NCBI GenBank assembly: GCA_016716965.1
Contig: JADJUP010000026.1
Location: forward strand, 56,604-120,603
Length of the DNA stretch: 64,000 nucleotides
Origin: Sulfuritalea sp.
GTDB taxonomy: Bacteria; Pseudomonadota; Gammaproteobacteria; Burkholderiales; Rhodocyclaceae
Direction: 5' to 3'
Position 1 is the stretch's first letter. Each line of letters begins with the position of its first letter. The notes below the pieces were generated by a model. The model made no database searches, had not been told where the DNA came from, and saw only the letters and a program-made list of their open reading frames with translations. Shown one piece after another: positions 39,369 through 49,176 of this stretch. The position numbers were made by a program, and so were the translations under genes.

Positions 39369-41033
39369 CTAGGCTTTCTCGTCGCGCAGTTCGCGACGCA
39401 GTATCTTGCCGACGTTGGTCTTCGGCAGCTCGTTGCGGAAGGCGATGTGGCGCGGTACCTTGTAGGCGGTCAGGTTGGCGCGACAGTGTTCGAGCAGCGC
39501 GGCCTCGGTCAGCGTCGGGTCCTTCTTTACCACGTAGATCTTCACCGCTTCCCCGGTCTTCGTGTCCGGCACGCCAACCGCCGCCGATTCCAGCACGCCC
39601 GGATGCATGGCCAGCACGTCCTCGATCTCGTTCGGATAGACGTTGAAGCCGGAGACCAGGATCATGTCCTTCTTGCGGTCGACGATCTTGACGAAGCCGC
39701 TTGCCTCGATCACCGCCACGTCGCCGGTGCGCAGGAAGCCGTCGGGCATGATGACCTTGGCGGTTTCCTCGGGACGGTTCCAGTAGCCCTTCATAACCTG
39801 CGGGCCGCGCACGCAAAGCTCGCCGGCCTCGCCGAGGGGCAGGTCCCTGCCTTCGTCGTCGCGGATCACCACTTCGGTCGACGAGATCGGCATGCCGATG
39901 CTGCCGTTGTACTGTTCGAGGTCGACCGGGTTGATGGTTGCGGCGGGGGAGGTTTCGGTCAGGCCGTAGGCTTCGAGCAGGGTGGTCCCGGTGAGCTCCT
40001 TCCAGCGCTCGGCCACCGCGCGCTGCACCGCCATGCCGCCGCCCAGTGTCAGGCGCAGCTGGGACAGGTCGATCCTGGCGAAGTCCGGATTGTTCACCAT
40101 GGCATTGAACAGCGTATTGACGCCGGTGATGGTGGTGAACGGGTACTTGCCGATCTCCTTGATGAACCCGGGAATGTCGCGCGGATTGGTGATCAGCACG
40201 TTGGTGGCGCCTATCTTGAAGAAGGTCAGGCAGTTCGCCGTCAGCGCGAAGATGTGGTAAAGCGGCAGCGCGGTAATGATGATTTCATGGTCACGCAGGA
40301 AGGGCTTGATCCAGGCATGGGCCTGCTGCAGGTTGGCGATGATGTTGCGATGGGTCAGCATCGCGCCCTTGGATACGCCCGTGGTGCCGCCCGTGTACTG
40401 CAGGAAGGCGAGGTCCTCGTGCCCCACTTCGACCGGCTTGAGCGGATAGCGGCCGCCCTCGATCAGCGCGTCGCGCAGTTCGATGGCATTGGCGATGCTC
40501 CATGCCGGTACCATCTTCTTGACGTGCTTCACCACCAGGTTGACGATCATGCGTTTGGGGAAGTCGAGCATGTCGCCCAGCTGGGTGACGATCACGTGCT
40601 TCACCGGCGTGCGCGTGACCACGTTTTCCAGCACCCTGGCGAAGTTCTCGACGATGACGATGGCCTCGGCGCCGGAATCCTTGAGCTGGTGCTCCAGTTC
40701 GCGCTCGGTGTACAGCGGGTTGCAGTTCACCACCGTGTAGCCGGCGCGCAGCGCGCCGTAGAGGCAGATCGGGTACTGCAGCAGGTTGGGCATCATCAGC
40801 GCGATGCGCGCGCCCCTGGGCAGTTTCAGCACGGACTGGCAGTAGGAGCCGAAGGCGGCCGAGAGCTTTTCCAGCTCGGCGTAGGTGATCGCCTTGTCCA
40901 TGTTGATGTAGGCCTTGCGCGGCCCGTAGAGCTTGACGCTCTTCTCGAACAGGTCGCCGATCGAGCGAAATTCGTTGAGGTCGATTTCTGCCGGCACGCC
41001 GGCCGGATAATGCTTGAGCCAGATCTTTTCCAT
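39369..41033 (-). CDS. fadD: Long-chain fatty-acid-CoA ligase
   Basis: [49 protein letters not shown]. Confidence 0.93.
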   Translation of the reverse strand: MEKIWLKHYPAGVPAEIDLNEFRSIGDLFEKSVKLYGPRKAYINMDKAITYAELEKLSAAFGSYCQSVLKLPRGARIALMMPNLLQYPICLYGALRAGYTVVNCNPLYTERELEHQLKDSGAEAIVIVENFARVLENVVTRTPVKHVIVTQLGDMLDFPKRMIVNLVVKHVKKMVPAWSIANAIELRDALIEGGRYPLKPVEVGHEDLAFLQYTGGTTGVSKGAMLTHRNIIANLQQAHAWIKPFLRDHEIIITALPLYHIFALTANCLTFFKIGATNVLITNPRDIPGFIKEIGKYPFTTITGVNTLFNAMVNNPDFARIDLSQLRLTLGGGMAVQRAVAERWKELTGTTLLEAYGLTETSPAATINPVDLEQYNGSIGMPISSTEVVIRDDEGRDLPLGEAGELCVRGPQVMKGYWNRPEETAKVIMPDGFLRTGDVAVIEASGFVKIVDRKKDMILVSGFNVYPNEIEDVLAMHPGVLESAAVGVPDTKTGEAVKIYVVKKDPTLTEAALLEHCRANLTAYKVPRHIAFRNELPKTNVGKILRRELRDEKA

Positions 41034-41110
41034 GGTGGATGCCTCCTTGAGTTTTTCTCATTCTAATCACATTGGGGTGGGCCGAATCGTCCGCCGCGAG
41101 CGTTCCCGGC

Positions 41111-42358
41111 TCAGCAAAGCCAGTGTTGCAAACGCTCCGCCACTTGAGCATCGTCGAGCAGGTCCATGTGGTTCATGCCGTAGCCGATCCAGCGCCGCGA
41201 TTCCGGGAAATCGAGTCGGCCGCGCTTCGCGCTGCCCTCGCCGAGAGCGCTCTTCACGGGCACCAGGCCATCACCCAGCAGCGGCTCAGCGAAATGGGCC
41301 GGAGCCTTGGCCAGGGTCACGCCTATCGCATGGCATTGCACGCCGGCAGGCAGGGGGATCAGGCGCGGCGCGCGACCGCGGGCGAAGCGGTCGCCGTGTT
41401 CCCAGTCTTCGTCGAGGATGCTGCCGTGACGCAGGTCGGTGATCCCGGCGCTGCGTATCTTTCCCAGGCGGGCCAGGGCGGCCGTGTAGGGGCTGATGCC
41501 CAGGATCACGTCGATCCAGTTGCCGCCGCGCTCCAGCGGTGCGCCGAGGTGTGGCGTGCCGAGAAACACCATCTGGCGCAGGTGGGCCAGCCAGGCCTGA
41601 CCTGATTTCTCGGCATGGCGGCAGGCGCTGCGGGCGACCAGTCCGCCCATGCTGTGGCCGACGATGACGAGTTTCTCGATCGGAACCGGCCACGACTTGA
41701 TCAGGTCCTCAAGCAATTCCGAGAGCGCCCGGCCGTTGGTCGAAACATGCTGGCCGCTGTTGTAGTGCAGGTAGAGCGGGGTGTAACCGCCGGCCGCCGC
41801 CAGCGCGGCGCCGTGGTCGTAGCCGCCGCGCCGCCACTGGAGGTCGTTCATGCACAGGCCATGCGCCAGCAACAGGATCCTTCCGGTCGCGCCGGGGAGG
41901 GCGGCCACCAGGTCGTTGCGTTCGAGCGGCAACGGCCGGCCGTTTCGCCGCAGGCGCATTTCGATGGCCAGTGGATTGCCGCTGGCGGCCAGGTGGTCGC
42001 CCAGCACGCCGTTGAGCGCGGCGAGCACCGCCTCGCGCGTGGCGGACGATTCCGTGGGTTCGGCGTCGACCAGCGGCAGCAACTGGCCGATCAGGGCGTC
42101 GATACCGTGGCCGACCAGGCGCGTGCAGCCCTGGATGCTGCGATAAACCAGGCCGGTGATGCCGCGTGGCAGCTCCTGCGAGAACTGTCCGAGCGGCCCG
42201 GGCATGCGCGCAATGTTGTGGTGCATGCTCGCCACCAGCCGCGTCAGGCCGAGTGTGGCGTCCACCGCGAGGCGACTGGCGCCGCGAATGTCGCCAGGGC
42301 GTACATGTGCCTTGCGTGCCGGCGCCGCGTGCGACGCACTGGCTTTGGGTCTGGCCAT
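41111..42358 (-). CDS. Alpha/beta hydrolase (PGAP1/lipase-like)
   Basis: AHGLCMND, YNSGQH, GHSMGG, GTPHLGAP, GDGLVP, NHMDLL. Confidence 0.85.
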   Translation of the reverse strand: MARPKASASHAAPARKAHVRPGDIRGASRLAVDATLGLTRLVASMHHNIARMPGPLGQFSQELPRGITGLVYRSIQGCTRLVGHGIDALIGQLLPLVDAEPTESSATREAVLAALNGVLGDHLAASGNPLAIEMRLRRNGRPLPLERNDLVAALPGATGRILLLAHGLCMNDLQWRRGGYDHGAALAAAGGYTPLYLHYNSGQHVSTNGRALSELLEDLIKSWPVPIEKLVIVGHSMGGLVARSACRHAEKSGQAWLAHLRQMVFLGTPHLGAPLERGGNWIDVILGISPYTAALARLGKIRSAGITDLRHGSILDEDWEHGDRFARGRAPRLIPLPAGVQCHAIGVTLAKAPAHFAEPLLGDGLVPVKSALGEGSAKRGRLDFPESRRWIGYGMNHMDLLDDAQVAERLQHWLC

Positions 42359-42472
42359 CGCTAGAATGCGAAGTCTTTCATCGATCGATTATCCCATGGC
42401 CACTGCCGCGCTCCGGACTTGCCGCCAAGCCGCGTTCGCCCCGACGCCGGCGCGACAGCGGGAACGCGGCCG

Positions 42473-43378
42473 ATGACGCGCCTCTGCCTGTTGCTGCTCG
42501 CGCTGTGCTGCCTGCCGGCACGCGGCGAGATCGTGCTCACCGATGTTGGCGGCGCCCGCATCCGGCTCGCCGCCCCGGCGCAGCGCATCGTCAGCCTCTC
42601 GCCCCACATCACGGAACTGCTGTTCGCCGCCGGCGCAGGCAGCCGTGTGGTTGGCAACGTCGAGTACGGCGACCATCCGCCGGAGGCAAAGTCCATACCC
42701 AGGGTGGGTGCCTACTCGCGGCTCGACCTCGAAGCCATCGTCGCATTGCGGCCGGATCTGGTGCTCGGCTGGCAAAGCGGTACCTCGCAGGCGGCGGTGA
42801 CACGACTGCGCGCCATGGGACTGGTGGTCTACATGATCGAGACCCATCGCATCGCCGACATCGCCGGCGAACTGGAACGACTCGGCCGGCTGGCCGGCAC
42901 CGAGGCTGCGGCCGGTGCGGCGGCAACAGCGTTTCGCCAGCGCCATGGCCGGCTGGCGGAGCGCTACAGCCAGCGGCCACCGGTCACGGTGTTCTACCAG
43001 ATATGGAAACAGCCGCTGATGACGGTCAATCGCGAGCAGATGATCAGCGATGCGATACGCCTTTGCGGTGGCCGCAATGTATTTGCGCAACTGGCGACGC
43101 TGGCGCCGACCGTGAGTGTCGAAGCCGTGATTGCCGCCAACCCGGAAGCCATCGTCGCCAGCGGCATGGACGCGGCCCGGCCGGAATGGCTGGATGACTG
43201 GCGTCGCTGGCACACCCTGCAGGCCGTGACGAAGGACAACCTGTATTTCGTGCCGCCGGAGCTGATACAGCGCCATACGCCACGCATCCTCGATGGCGCC
43301 GAGCGCCTCTGCGAACAGCTTGAAACGGCGCGCGGCAAGCGCGCCATGCGGCCGCCGCCGTCGGCAGGCGGCAGGTAA
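42473..43378 (+). CDS. btuF: Periplasmic cobalamin-binding protein
   Basis: Signal peptide; QRIVSLSPHITELLFAAG, VSVEAVIAANPEAI, QRHTPRILDG. Confidence 0.85.
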   Translation: MTRLCLLLLALCCLPARGEIVLTDVGGARIRLAAPAQRIVSLSPHITELLFAAGAGSRVVGNVEYGDHPPEAKSIPRVGAYSRLDLEAIVALRPDLVLGWQSGTSQAAVTRLRAMGLVVYMIETHRIADIAGELERLGRLAGTEAAAGAAATAFRQRHGRLAERYSQRPPVTVFYQIWKQPLMTVNREQMISDAIRLCGGRNVFAQLATLAPTVSVEAVIAANPEAIVASGMDAARPEWLDDWRRWHTLQAVTKDNLYFVPPELIQRHTPRILDGAERLCEQLETARGKRAMRPPPSAGGR

Positions 43379-43421
43379 TATACGCAGCAAATTGCCAACG
43401 GACTTGCCAGGGGAGCCAACG

Positions 43422-43835
43422 ATGTCCGCTTTTCACTATGCGTTTGCGATTGCCGACATTGCGCGGGCGCGGGAATTCTATGTCGGTCGGCTGGGTTGTA
43501 CCGAGGGCCGCAGCACCGCGCACTGGATCGACTTCGAGCTGTTCGGACACCAGCTTTCGGCACACCTCGGGCTGCCGGCCTGCGCCGGCGGCGAGGGCAT
43601 GGTTGACGGGCACGCGGTGCCGATTCCGCATTTCGGCGTGATCCTGCCGCTGGACGAGTTCTGGGCCTTCGCCGAGCGACTGCGTGCCCAGGGCATCCGC
43701 TTCGTGATGGAACCTTCGATGCGCTTCGTCGGCAAACCCGGCGAGCAGGCCACCATGTTCTTCCTCGATCCCGACGGCAATGCGCTGGAGTTCAAGGCCT
43801 TCGTCCGGCCTGACGAGGTGTTCGCCCAGCATTGA
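43422..43835 (+). CDS. VOC family protein (extradiol-dioxygenase-like)
   Basis: FHYAF, GCTEGRS..WIDFELFGHQ, PHFG, GEQATMFFLDPDGNALEFK. Confidence 0.85.
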   Translation: MSAFHYAFAIADIARAREFYVGRLGCTEGRSTAHWIDFELFGHQLSAHLGLPACAGGEGMVDGHAVPIPHFGVILPLDEFWAFAERLRAQGIRFVMEPSMRFVGKPGEQATMFFLDPDGNALEFKAFVRPDEVFAQH

Positions 43836-43909
43836 AAGTTATGTCCCCGGCGAAGCCGGGGACGGTATCCCTTGGGGTCGGCGCTGGCGATACGGTCGCC
43901 GGCGCCGCA

Positions 43910-44692
43910 CTATTCCTGCGCCGTGCGCCTGCGCCTCGGTTGTTGCTGCGCCTCGCGTCCGCGGAATGCCATGGCCATTTCGAAGGCGGCGCGGGTGAAG
44001 GTCAGGACCTCGGCGAATTCGGCATCGCTCAGCTTGCGCGCCTCGTCGTCGCCCCGGTAGATGTTGGCGAACTCGCGTTCGCGCGCGGACTGGATCAGCA
44101 ACTTGCCGACGCCGAGGTTCTCCAGGCTGCGCCACAGGTCGGGATTGGAGGCGCGGGTGAACTTCATGACGAAGTCGATCGGATCGTTGCGCCCGAGCAC
44201 CGCGGCCAGGCGCAGGACCAGCTCGAAGGGCACGGCGATGCGGCCGTTCTCCCAGGCTTCGATCAGCGACGGGTCCTTCAGGTTGATTGCGGCGCCGACT
44301 TCGGTGATGGTCAGTCCGGCGGCCTTGCGCATGCGCTTGAGCGCCGCGCCGGTGCGGGTCCACACGCCGGGTTCGGACAGGCCGGGCAGCATGGCCTTGA
44401 GCACGTCGGCGGCCGCCTCCATCGGTTTGCCGCGGCCCAGCGCGCGCGCCACGTCGGCCGCGGTCTTCAGCGTCGAGGCCGCACCCACCGTCGCGGCGCC
44501 GGCATCGAGCACCTTGCCGGCCATGCTGCGCATCTGCTCGACCAGGCCGGACTCGTTCGGCAGGGTGGTCATGGCACCCTGTGTCGGCGCCTTTTTCGCC
44601 GGCGCCTTGCGGCGTGGCGTGGCGGCGCTGCCGGCCTTTTCCTTCACGGCCGCGCCCGGCTTACTTGCCCTGGATGCGCTGCCGCGATTCAT
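43910..44692 (-). CDS. XRE-family HTH protein with basic N-terminal arm
   Basis: LKRMRKAAGLTITEVGAAINLKDPSLIEAWENG HTH. Confidence 0.75.
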   Translation of the reverse strand: MNRGSASRASKPGAAVKEKAGSAATPRRKAPAKKAPTQGAMTTLPNESGLVEQMRSMAGKVLDAGAATVGAASTLKTAADVARALGRGKPMEAAADVLKAMLPGLSEPGVWTRTGAALKRMRKAAGLTITEVGAAINLKDPSLIEAWENGRIAVPFELVLRLAAVLGRNDPIDFVMKFTRASNPDLWRSLENLGVGKLLIQSAREREFANIYRGDDEARKLSDAEFAEVLTFTRAAFEMAMAFRGREAQQQPRRRRTAQE

Positions 44693-45083
44693 GGCGCTCC
44701 TGCGCCTCGATCGAATACACGGTGGTCGGCCGCGCCAGCAGGCGGCGCAGCCCGATGGGATCGCCGGTTTCCTCGCAGAAGCCATAGGAGCCGTCGTCGA
44801 TGCGGCGCAGGGCGGCTTCTACGCGCGGCAACATCTTGCGCTCGCGGTCGCGAATGCGCAGTTCGATGGAGTTTTCCTCTTCGATCGTGGCGCGATCGTT
44901 CGGGTCGGCCTCGGCTTCGCCGTCGCGCAGGTGGTCGATGGTCATCGAGGCGTTGTCGATAAGGTCCTGGCGCTGCCTGCGCAGCAGGTCGCGAAAGAAG
45001 TCGAGTTGCTCCGCGTTCATGTAGGCCTTGGCCGGCATCGCCAGCAGGGCCTTTTCGGTGAGTGGTTTCAGTGTGGTTGGCAT
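44661..45083 (-). CDS. dksA: DksA-family transcription factor, one-Cys (Zn-independent) type
   Basis: DPNDRA coiled-coil tip; GSYGFCEETGDPIGLRRLLARPTTVYSIEAQE. Confidence 0.9.
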   Translation of the reverse strand: MPTTLKPLTEKALLAMPAKAYMNAEQLDFFRDLLRRQRQDLIDNASMTIDHLRDGEAEADPNDRATIEEENSIELRIRDRERKMLPRVEAALRRIDDGSYGFCEETGDPIGLRRLLARPTTVYSIEAQERHESRQRIQGK

Positions 45084-45233
45084 GACAAGTATCCCTGTTT
45101 CTCCGTACGGTCCAGAGTGGCCGATGCCGCTACTCTATCGAAAGACTGGCAAGCCGTCAGGGGAATCTTGGTTGGCCCGGTTTCATGCCGGAAAGGTGGG
45201 CGTCGGCGAATTTCCCGGCGGCTGTCGGCGACT

Positions 45234-46016
45234 TCAGGCAGGGACGAACCAGCGATCGCCGTCGACACCGATTTCACGCAGCGGATGCCCGTAAAGCCGG
45301 GTCAGGTTGGTCGTGGTGATCACCGTGTCGGCGGGGCCGGCCAGCCACTCGCCATCGCCGAACAGCAGCAGCACCTTGCTGCAGTAGCGCACCGCGAAGC
45401 CCGGATCGTGCAGCACCGCAACGACGGCGGCGCCGGCCCGTGCGCGCCGCGCGAACAACTCCATGACTGCAACCTGGTGCGACAGGTCGAGGTGGGTCAG
45501 GGGCTCGTCGAGCAGGAACAACGCGGGTTGCTGGGCCAGCAGTTGCGCCACGGCGAGCCGCTGGCGTTCGCCGCCGGACAGGGTCTGCACGTCGCGCTCG
45601 GCGCAGTCGGCGAGGTCGACCTCGACCAGCGCCGCGGCGGCGATGTCGCGATCGGCAAGGGATTCCCAGTCCCAGCGCCCGAGGTGCGGGTGGCGGCCGA
45701 CCAGAGCCGTCTCCATTGCGGTGGAGGCAAAAGGATCGAGCTGATGCTGCGCCAGGTAGCCGCGTACCCGCGCCAGGGCCCGCGCGCGGCGCCCGGTGGC
45801 GGCCTCGGGCAGGGCATGGCCGCCGACATGCAGGGTGCCGCGATCCTGCCGATGCAGGCCGGCAACCGTGTTGAGCAGTGTCGACTTTCCGGCGCCGTTG
45901 CGGCCGAGGATCGCCCACGTCTCGCCGGCATCGACAGTCCACTCCAGATCGCGGCAGATGACGTGGCCGCCGATGCTGACCGACAGGGCATCCGCATGCA
46001 GCAATGGCGAGCTCAT
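45234..46016 (-). CDS. ABC transporter ATP-binding protein (BtuD/FecE-like)
   Basis: GRNGAGKST, LSGGERQR, LLDEP. Confidence 0.9.
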   Translation of the reverse strand: MSSPLLHADALSVSIGGHVICRDLEWTVDAGETWAILGRNGAGKSTLLNTVAGLHRQDRGTLHVGGHALPEAATGRRARALARVRGYLAQHQLDPFASTAMETALVGRHPHLGRWDWESLADRDIAAAALVEVDLADCAERDVQTLSGGERQRLAVAQLLAQQPALFLLDEPLTHLDLSHQVAVMELFARRARAGAAVVAVLHDPGFAVRYCSKVLLLFGDGEWLAGPADTVITTTNLTRLYGHPLREIGVDGDRWFVPA

Positions 46017-47014
46017 TGACCGCTCCCGCGCTGGCGTCCGAGCAGGAACAGGAACAGGGGCACGCCGAGGATCGCGGTCAGCGCCCCGACCGGCAGTTGC
46101 AGGGGCGCGACGATCGTTCGCGCCAGGGTATCGGCCAGTACCAGCAGGCTGCCCCCGCTCAGGGCCGACGCAGGCAGCAACAGGCGCTGGTCGTTGCCCC
46201 AGCCGAGCTTGAGCATGCCCAGCCGCACCAGGTGTGGCACCACCAGGCCAATGAAGCCGATGCTGCCCGCGGTGGTTACCGCCACCGCGGTAAACGTCGC
46301 GGCGAGGAAATACACGCCGAGCCGCACGCGTTGCACCGAAACGCCCAGCGTCTGGGCCAGGGTGTCGCCGCGCGAAAGCAGGTTGAGTTCGCGCGCGAAC
46401 GGCATGCTCGCTGCCACGCCGGCGACCAGCACGGCGAGCGCCGGCCAGGGATTGCTGGCATGGCTGGCGTCGCCCATCAGCCAGAACAGCATGCCGCGCA
46501 GGTGGGTTTCCGGTGCGATGGACATGATCAAGGCGACCACCGCGCCGCAGCCGGAGGCGACGATGACGCCGGTCAGCAGCAGGCGGGTACGGGTCCAGCT
46601 GCTGTCGCCGTGGGCCAGGCCGAATACCAGCAGCATGGCGGCAAAGGCGCCGGCGAAGGCGAAAAGGTTGACCAGCGCCAGCGCCAGGCCGGCCAGCATC
46701 GCCGACAACGCGCCGACCGCGGCGCCGCCGGAAATGCCGAGCACGTAAGGATCGGCCAGCGGGTTGCGCAGCAGCACCTGCATCAGCGCGCCGGCCAGCG
46801 CCAGCAGGCCGCCGCAGGCAAAGGCGGCGATCGCGCGCGGCAGGCGCAGGCCCTGGATCACTTCGGCGGCGAGGCCTTCGCCGCCTGCCAGGGCCAGCAG
46901 CACGTCGCCGGGCGTAACCGGCATGCTGCCCGCCGCCAGCGCCACCAGCAGGCTGGCCAGCGCCAGCCCGCAGAGGGCGACGATGACCAGCAGGGCACGG
47001 CGGCGGCTGGGCAT
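46013..47014 (-). CDS. FecCD/BtuC family ABC permease
   Basis: LRLPR, RNPLADPYVLGISGGA, GSIGFIGLVVPH, LPVGALTA. Confidence 0.9.
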   Translation of the reverse strand: MPSRRRALLVIVALCGLALASLLVALAAGSMPVTPGDVLLALAGGEGLAAEVIQGLRLPRAIAAFACGGLLALAGALMQVLLRNPLADPYVLGISGGAAVGALSAMLAGLALALVNLFAFAGAFAAMLLVFGLAHGDSSWTRTRLLLTGVIVASGCGAVVALIMSIAPETHLRGMLFWLMGDASHASNPWPALAVLVAGVAASMPFARELNLLSRGDTLAQTLGVSVQRVRLGVYFLAATFTAVAVTTAGSIGFIGLVVPHLVRLGMLKLGWGNDQRLLLPASALSGGSLLVLADTLARTIVAPLQLPVGALTAILGVPLFLFLLGRQRGSGQ

Positions 47015-47069
47015 GGATCAGCCAGCGTAGCGCAACACGGCCAGATTGGGCAGGTGGAGCATGGAGGAG

Positions 47070-49034
47070 TCAGATCTTTAGTTCTGCGGAAAGTATGACG
47101 CGGCGACCAAGCTCTGGATATGCGTTGAAGCTCGTTCCAGCGCCGTTTCGAATCCCGTAACTGTAATAGCGTTTGTTAAGCAGGTTGTCGGCCGCAACGC
47201 CAAAAATCCAGTTTCCCGTCGCATAGGAATACTTCAAGTCCGCCAGGCTATAGGACGGCATCAGGGAAAAGCTATTGATCTGGTCGTTGTCATAGCGCTG
47301 GCTGCCGACGAAGCGCAAATTGGCGGCCAGGTTGTGCCCGTTGCCGATACGCCAGGCGGCATTCAGAGTCAGCAACTGACTCGGTACGAGTGGAACTTCC
47401 TTGCCTGCCAGATCAATGCCGTCGTAGGTTCCCGAGCGGAAGGTGGCCCGGGTGTGCTGATAGATAGCGCTTAGTGACAGTTCAGCTAACGGATGCCAGC
47501 TGCCTTCCAGTTCGAAGCCAGTGCGCTGGGTTGGTGCCAGGTTGGAGTTGGCACCGAATCCGAAGGTGGGCGTGCCGTTGAGAACCAGCAAATGTATTTC
47601 GTTGGTCAGGTAGGAAGCGAATGCAGCCGCGCGTACTCGCGTCGAGCGATTGCGAAACTCCACGCCGACTTCGCCGTCATGGGACTTTTGCGGCAGCAGC
47701 AAAGTCACTGTGCCAGTGAACACGTTGTAATTTTCGTTGGCGGTGGCGACTCGGAAACTCTGCCCCCAACTGCCGTAGGCATCAAAGCCGCCCACAAGTC
47801 GCTGGCGCAAGGAAAGCTCAAATGCATTGAGTGTGTCGCGCCGTGATGCGACTGCAGGTCGGGAGAAGCTGTCCTTGTAGAAACTGGTTCGTATCCCTGC
47901 TGATATATCTGTTCCCGGCAGGGGTGTCCAAGTTTCCTGCGCATACAGGGCGTCGATGGTCTGGTTGGCGTTGGCGAGGCCAAAAAGATCTATGTTGCTG
48001 TAGGTCCAGCGCGTGCTGTCGATGCCTACCAACAAGCTGCCATTTTGGTGCGGAATTCGCAGGCGGGGGCTGACGGTAACGGTATCTGAATCGGTTGCGT
48101 TTGCAGCGAACAGGGCCGGAAACTTGTTGTCGGCCTTCTTGTTGCGATAGTCAATGTCAATCGCGAATTCGCCGATTCCAGCCGAACGGGTGACGCTGAC
48201 GCCAACGTTCCAGGCATCGGTCAGGCCGTGGTCATTCTGTGTAGCTGACCCAGCGGGATCTGATGCGATCTGAACTGTGCTACGAGCTCCGGGAAAGCGC
48301 ATCTTTTGCCGGCTGCTTCCGAAGCGAAGTGTTGCACTAGCGTCTGCGTCATGCCAGCGAACCACACCCTCGAGCTTGTCCTCGCGGTCGTGATTGTTGA
48401 CTCGGTAGTTGGATGATACATAGCGATTGGCGTGGAGCAGCATGCCGACCGCTCCGCTGGCGAGTTCGACCGTTGCGCGAACGTCGCTGGTGCCGTAGTC
48501 GCCGTAGGCGGCACGGATCGATGTGAGCCGACCTTCGCTGGCCGGGTTACGGGTGATGATATTGATGGTCCCGGCGGTCGCGCCACCTCCATACAGGACT
48601 GCCCCGGAGCCGCGCAGGATCTCGATGCGATCGATCGCATTGAGTGGTACCGAAGAGAGTAGCGCTGGCGTCAGTTCATTTTCACTAAGTCGCCGGCCGT
48701 CAAGGAGAATCAGGGTGTTCTGGTCTCCGGACATGCCGAAGCCACGGAGGTCGATTTGCCAATTCGTGCTGCCGGAACTGTTGCGAACATGGACGCCACC
48801 GAGTTTGGCAAGGATCTCCGGTACGCTGGTGGCGGAGGACTGGGCGATCGCGGCGGCCGTGATGACCGACGTTCCGGTGACCGTGTGGGAGGGCTTGCCG
48901 GCAAAGCGACTTCCGGTTACCAACACCGTTGCTTCATCAGCCGCGAGTGACGGGTTGGCAGCAGCCAGAGCGGCGGCCATCAGAGAAATGCGGAAAAGGC
49001 TTCGGCGCGCAGCGCGGCCGTGGATGGTGTTCAT
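47070..49034 (-). CDS. TonB-dependent receptor, cobalamin-regulated (BtuB-like)
   Basis: TonB box VLVTGSR; plug IDRIEILRGSGAVLYGGGATAGTINIIT; directly downstream of a B12 riboswitch. Confidence 0.88.
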   Translation of the reverse strand: MNTIHGRAARRSLFRISLMAAALAAANPSLAADEATVLVTGSRFAGKPSHTVTGTSVITAAAIAQSSATSVPEILAKLGGVHVRNSSGSTNWQIDLRGFGMSGDQNTLILLDGRRLSENELTPALLSSVPLNAIDRIEILRGSGAVLYGGGATAGTINIITRNPASEGRLTSIRAAYGDYGTSDVRATVELASGAVGMLLHANRYVSSNYRVNNHDREDKLEGVVRWHDADASATLRFGSSRQKMRFPGARSTVQIASDPAGSATQNDHGLTDAWNVGVSVTRSAGIGEFAIDIDYRNKKADNKFPALFAANATDSDTVTVSPRLRIPHQNGSLLVGIDSTRWTYSNIDLFGLANANQTIDALYAQETWTPLPGTDISAGIRTSFYKDSFSRPAVASRRDTLNAFELSLRQRLVGGFDAYGSWGQSFRVATANENYNVFTGTVTLLLPQKSHDGEVGVEFRNRSTRVRAAAFASYLTNEIHLLVLNGTPTFGFGANSNLAPTQRTGFELEGSWHPLAELSLSAIYQHTRATFRSGTYDGIDLAGKEVPLVPSQLLTLNAAWRIGNGHNLAANLRFVGSQRYDNDQINSFSLMPSYSLADLKYSYATGNWIFGVAADNLLNKRYYSYGIRNGAGTSFNAYPELGRRVILSAELKI

Positions 49035-49176
49035 CAAGACTCCCTTCGTGGCCAGCGTCCCCGCAGGCCAAAACATTGCATGGCAAGAGCGAAAACGCGA
49101 AGGGAGAGGTGGACGGAGCGGCCGAAAGGGGACGGCGGCTGACGCACACTGCTTCCCCGCAGCGCTTTCAACGAAT

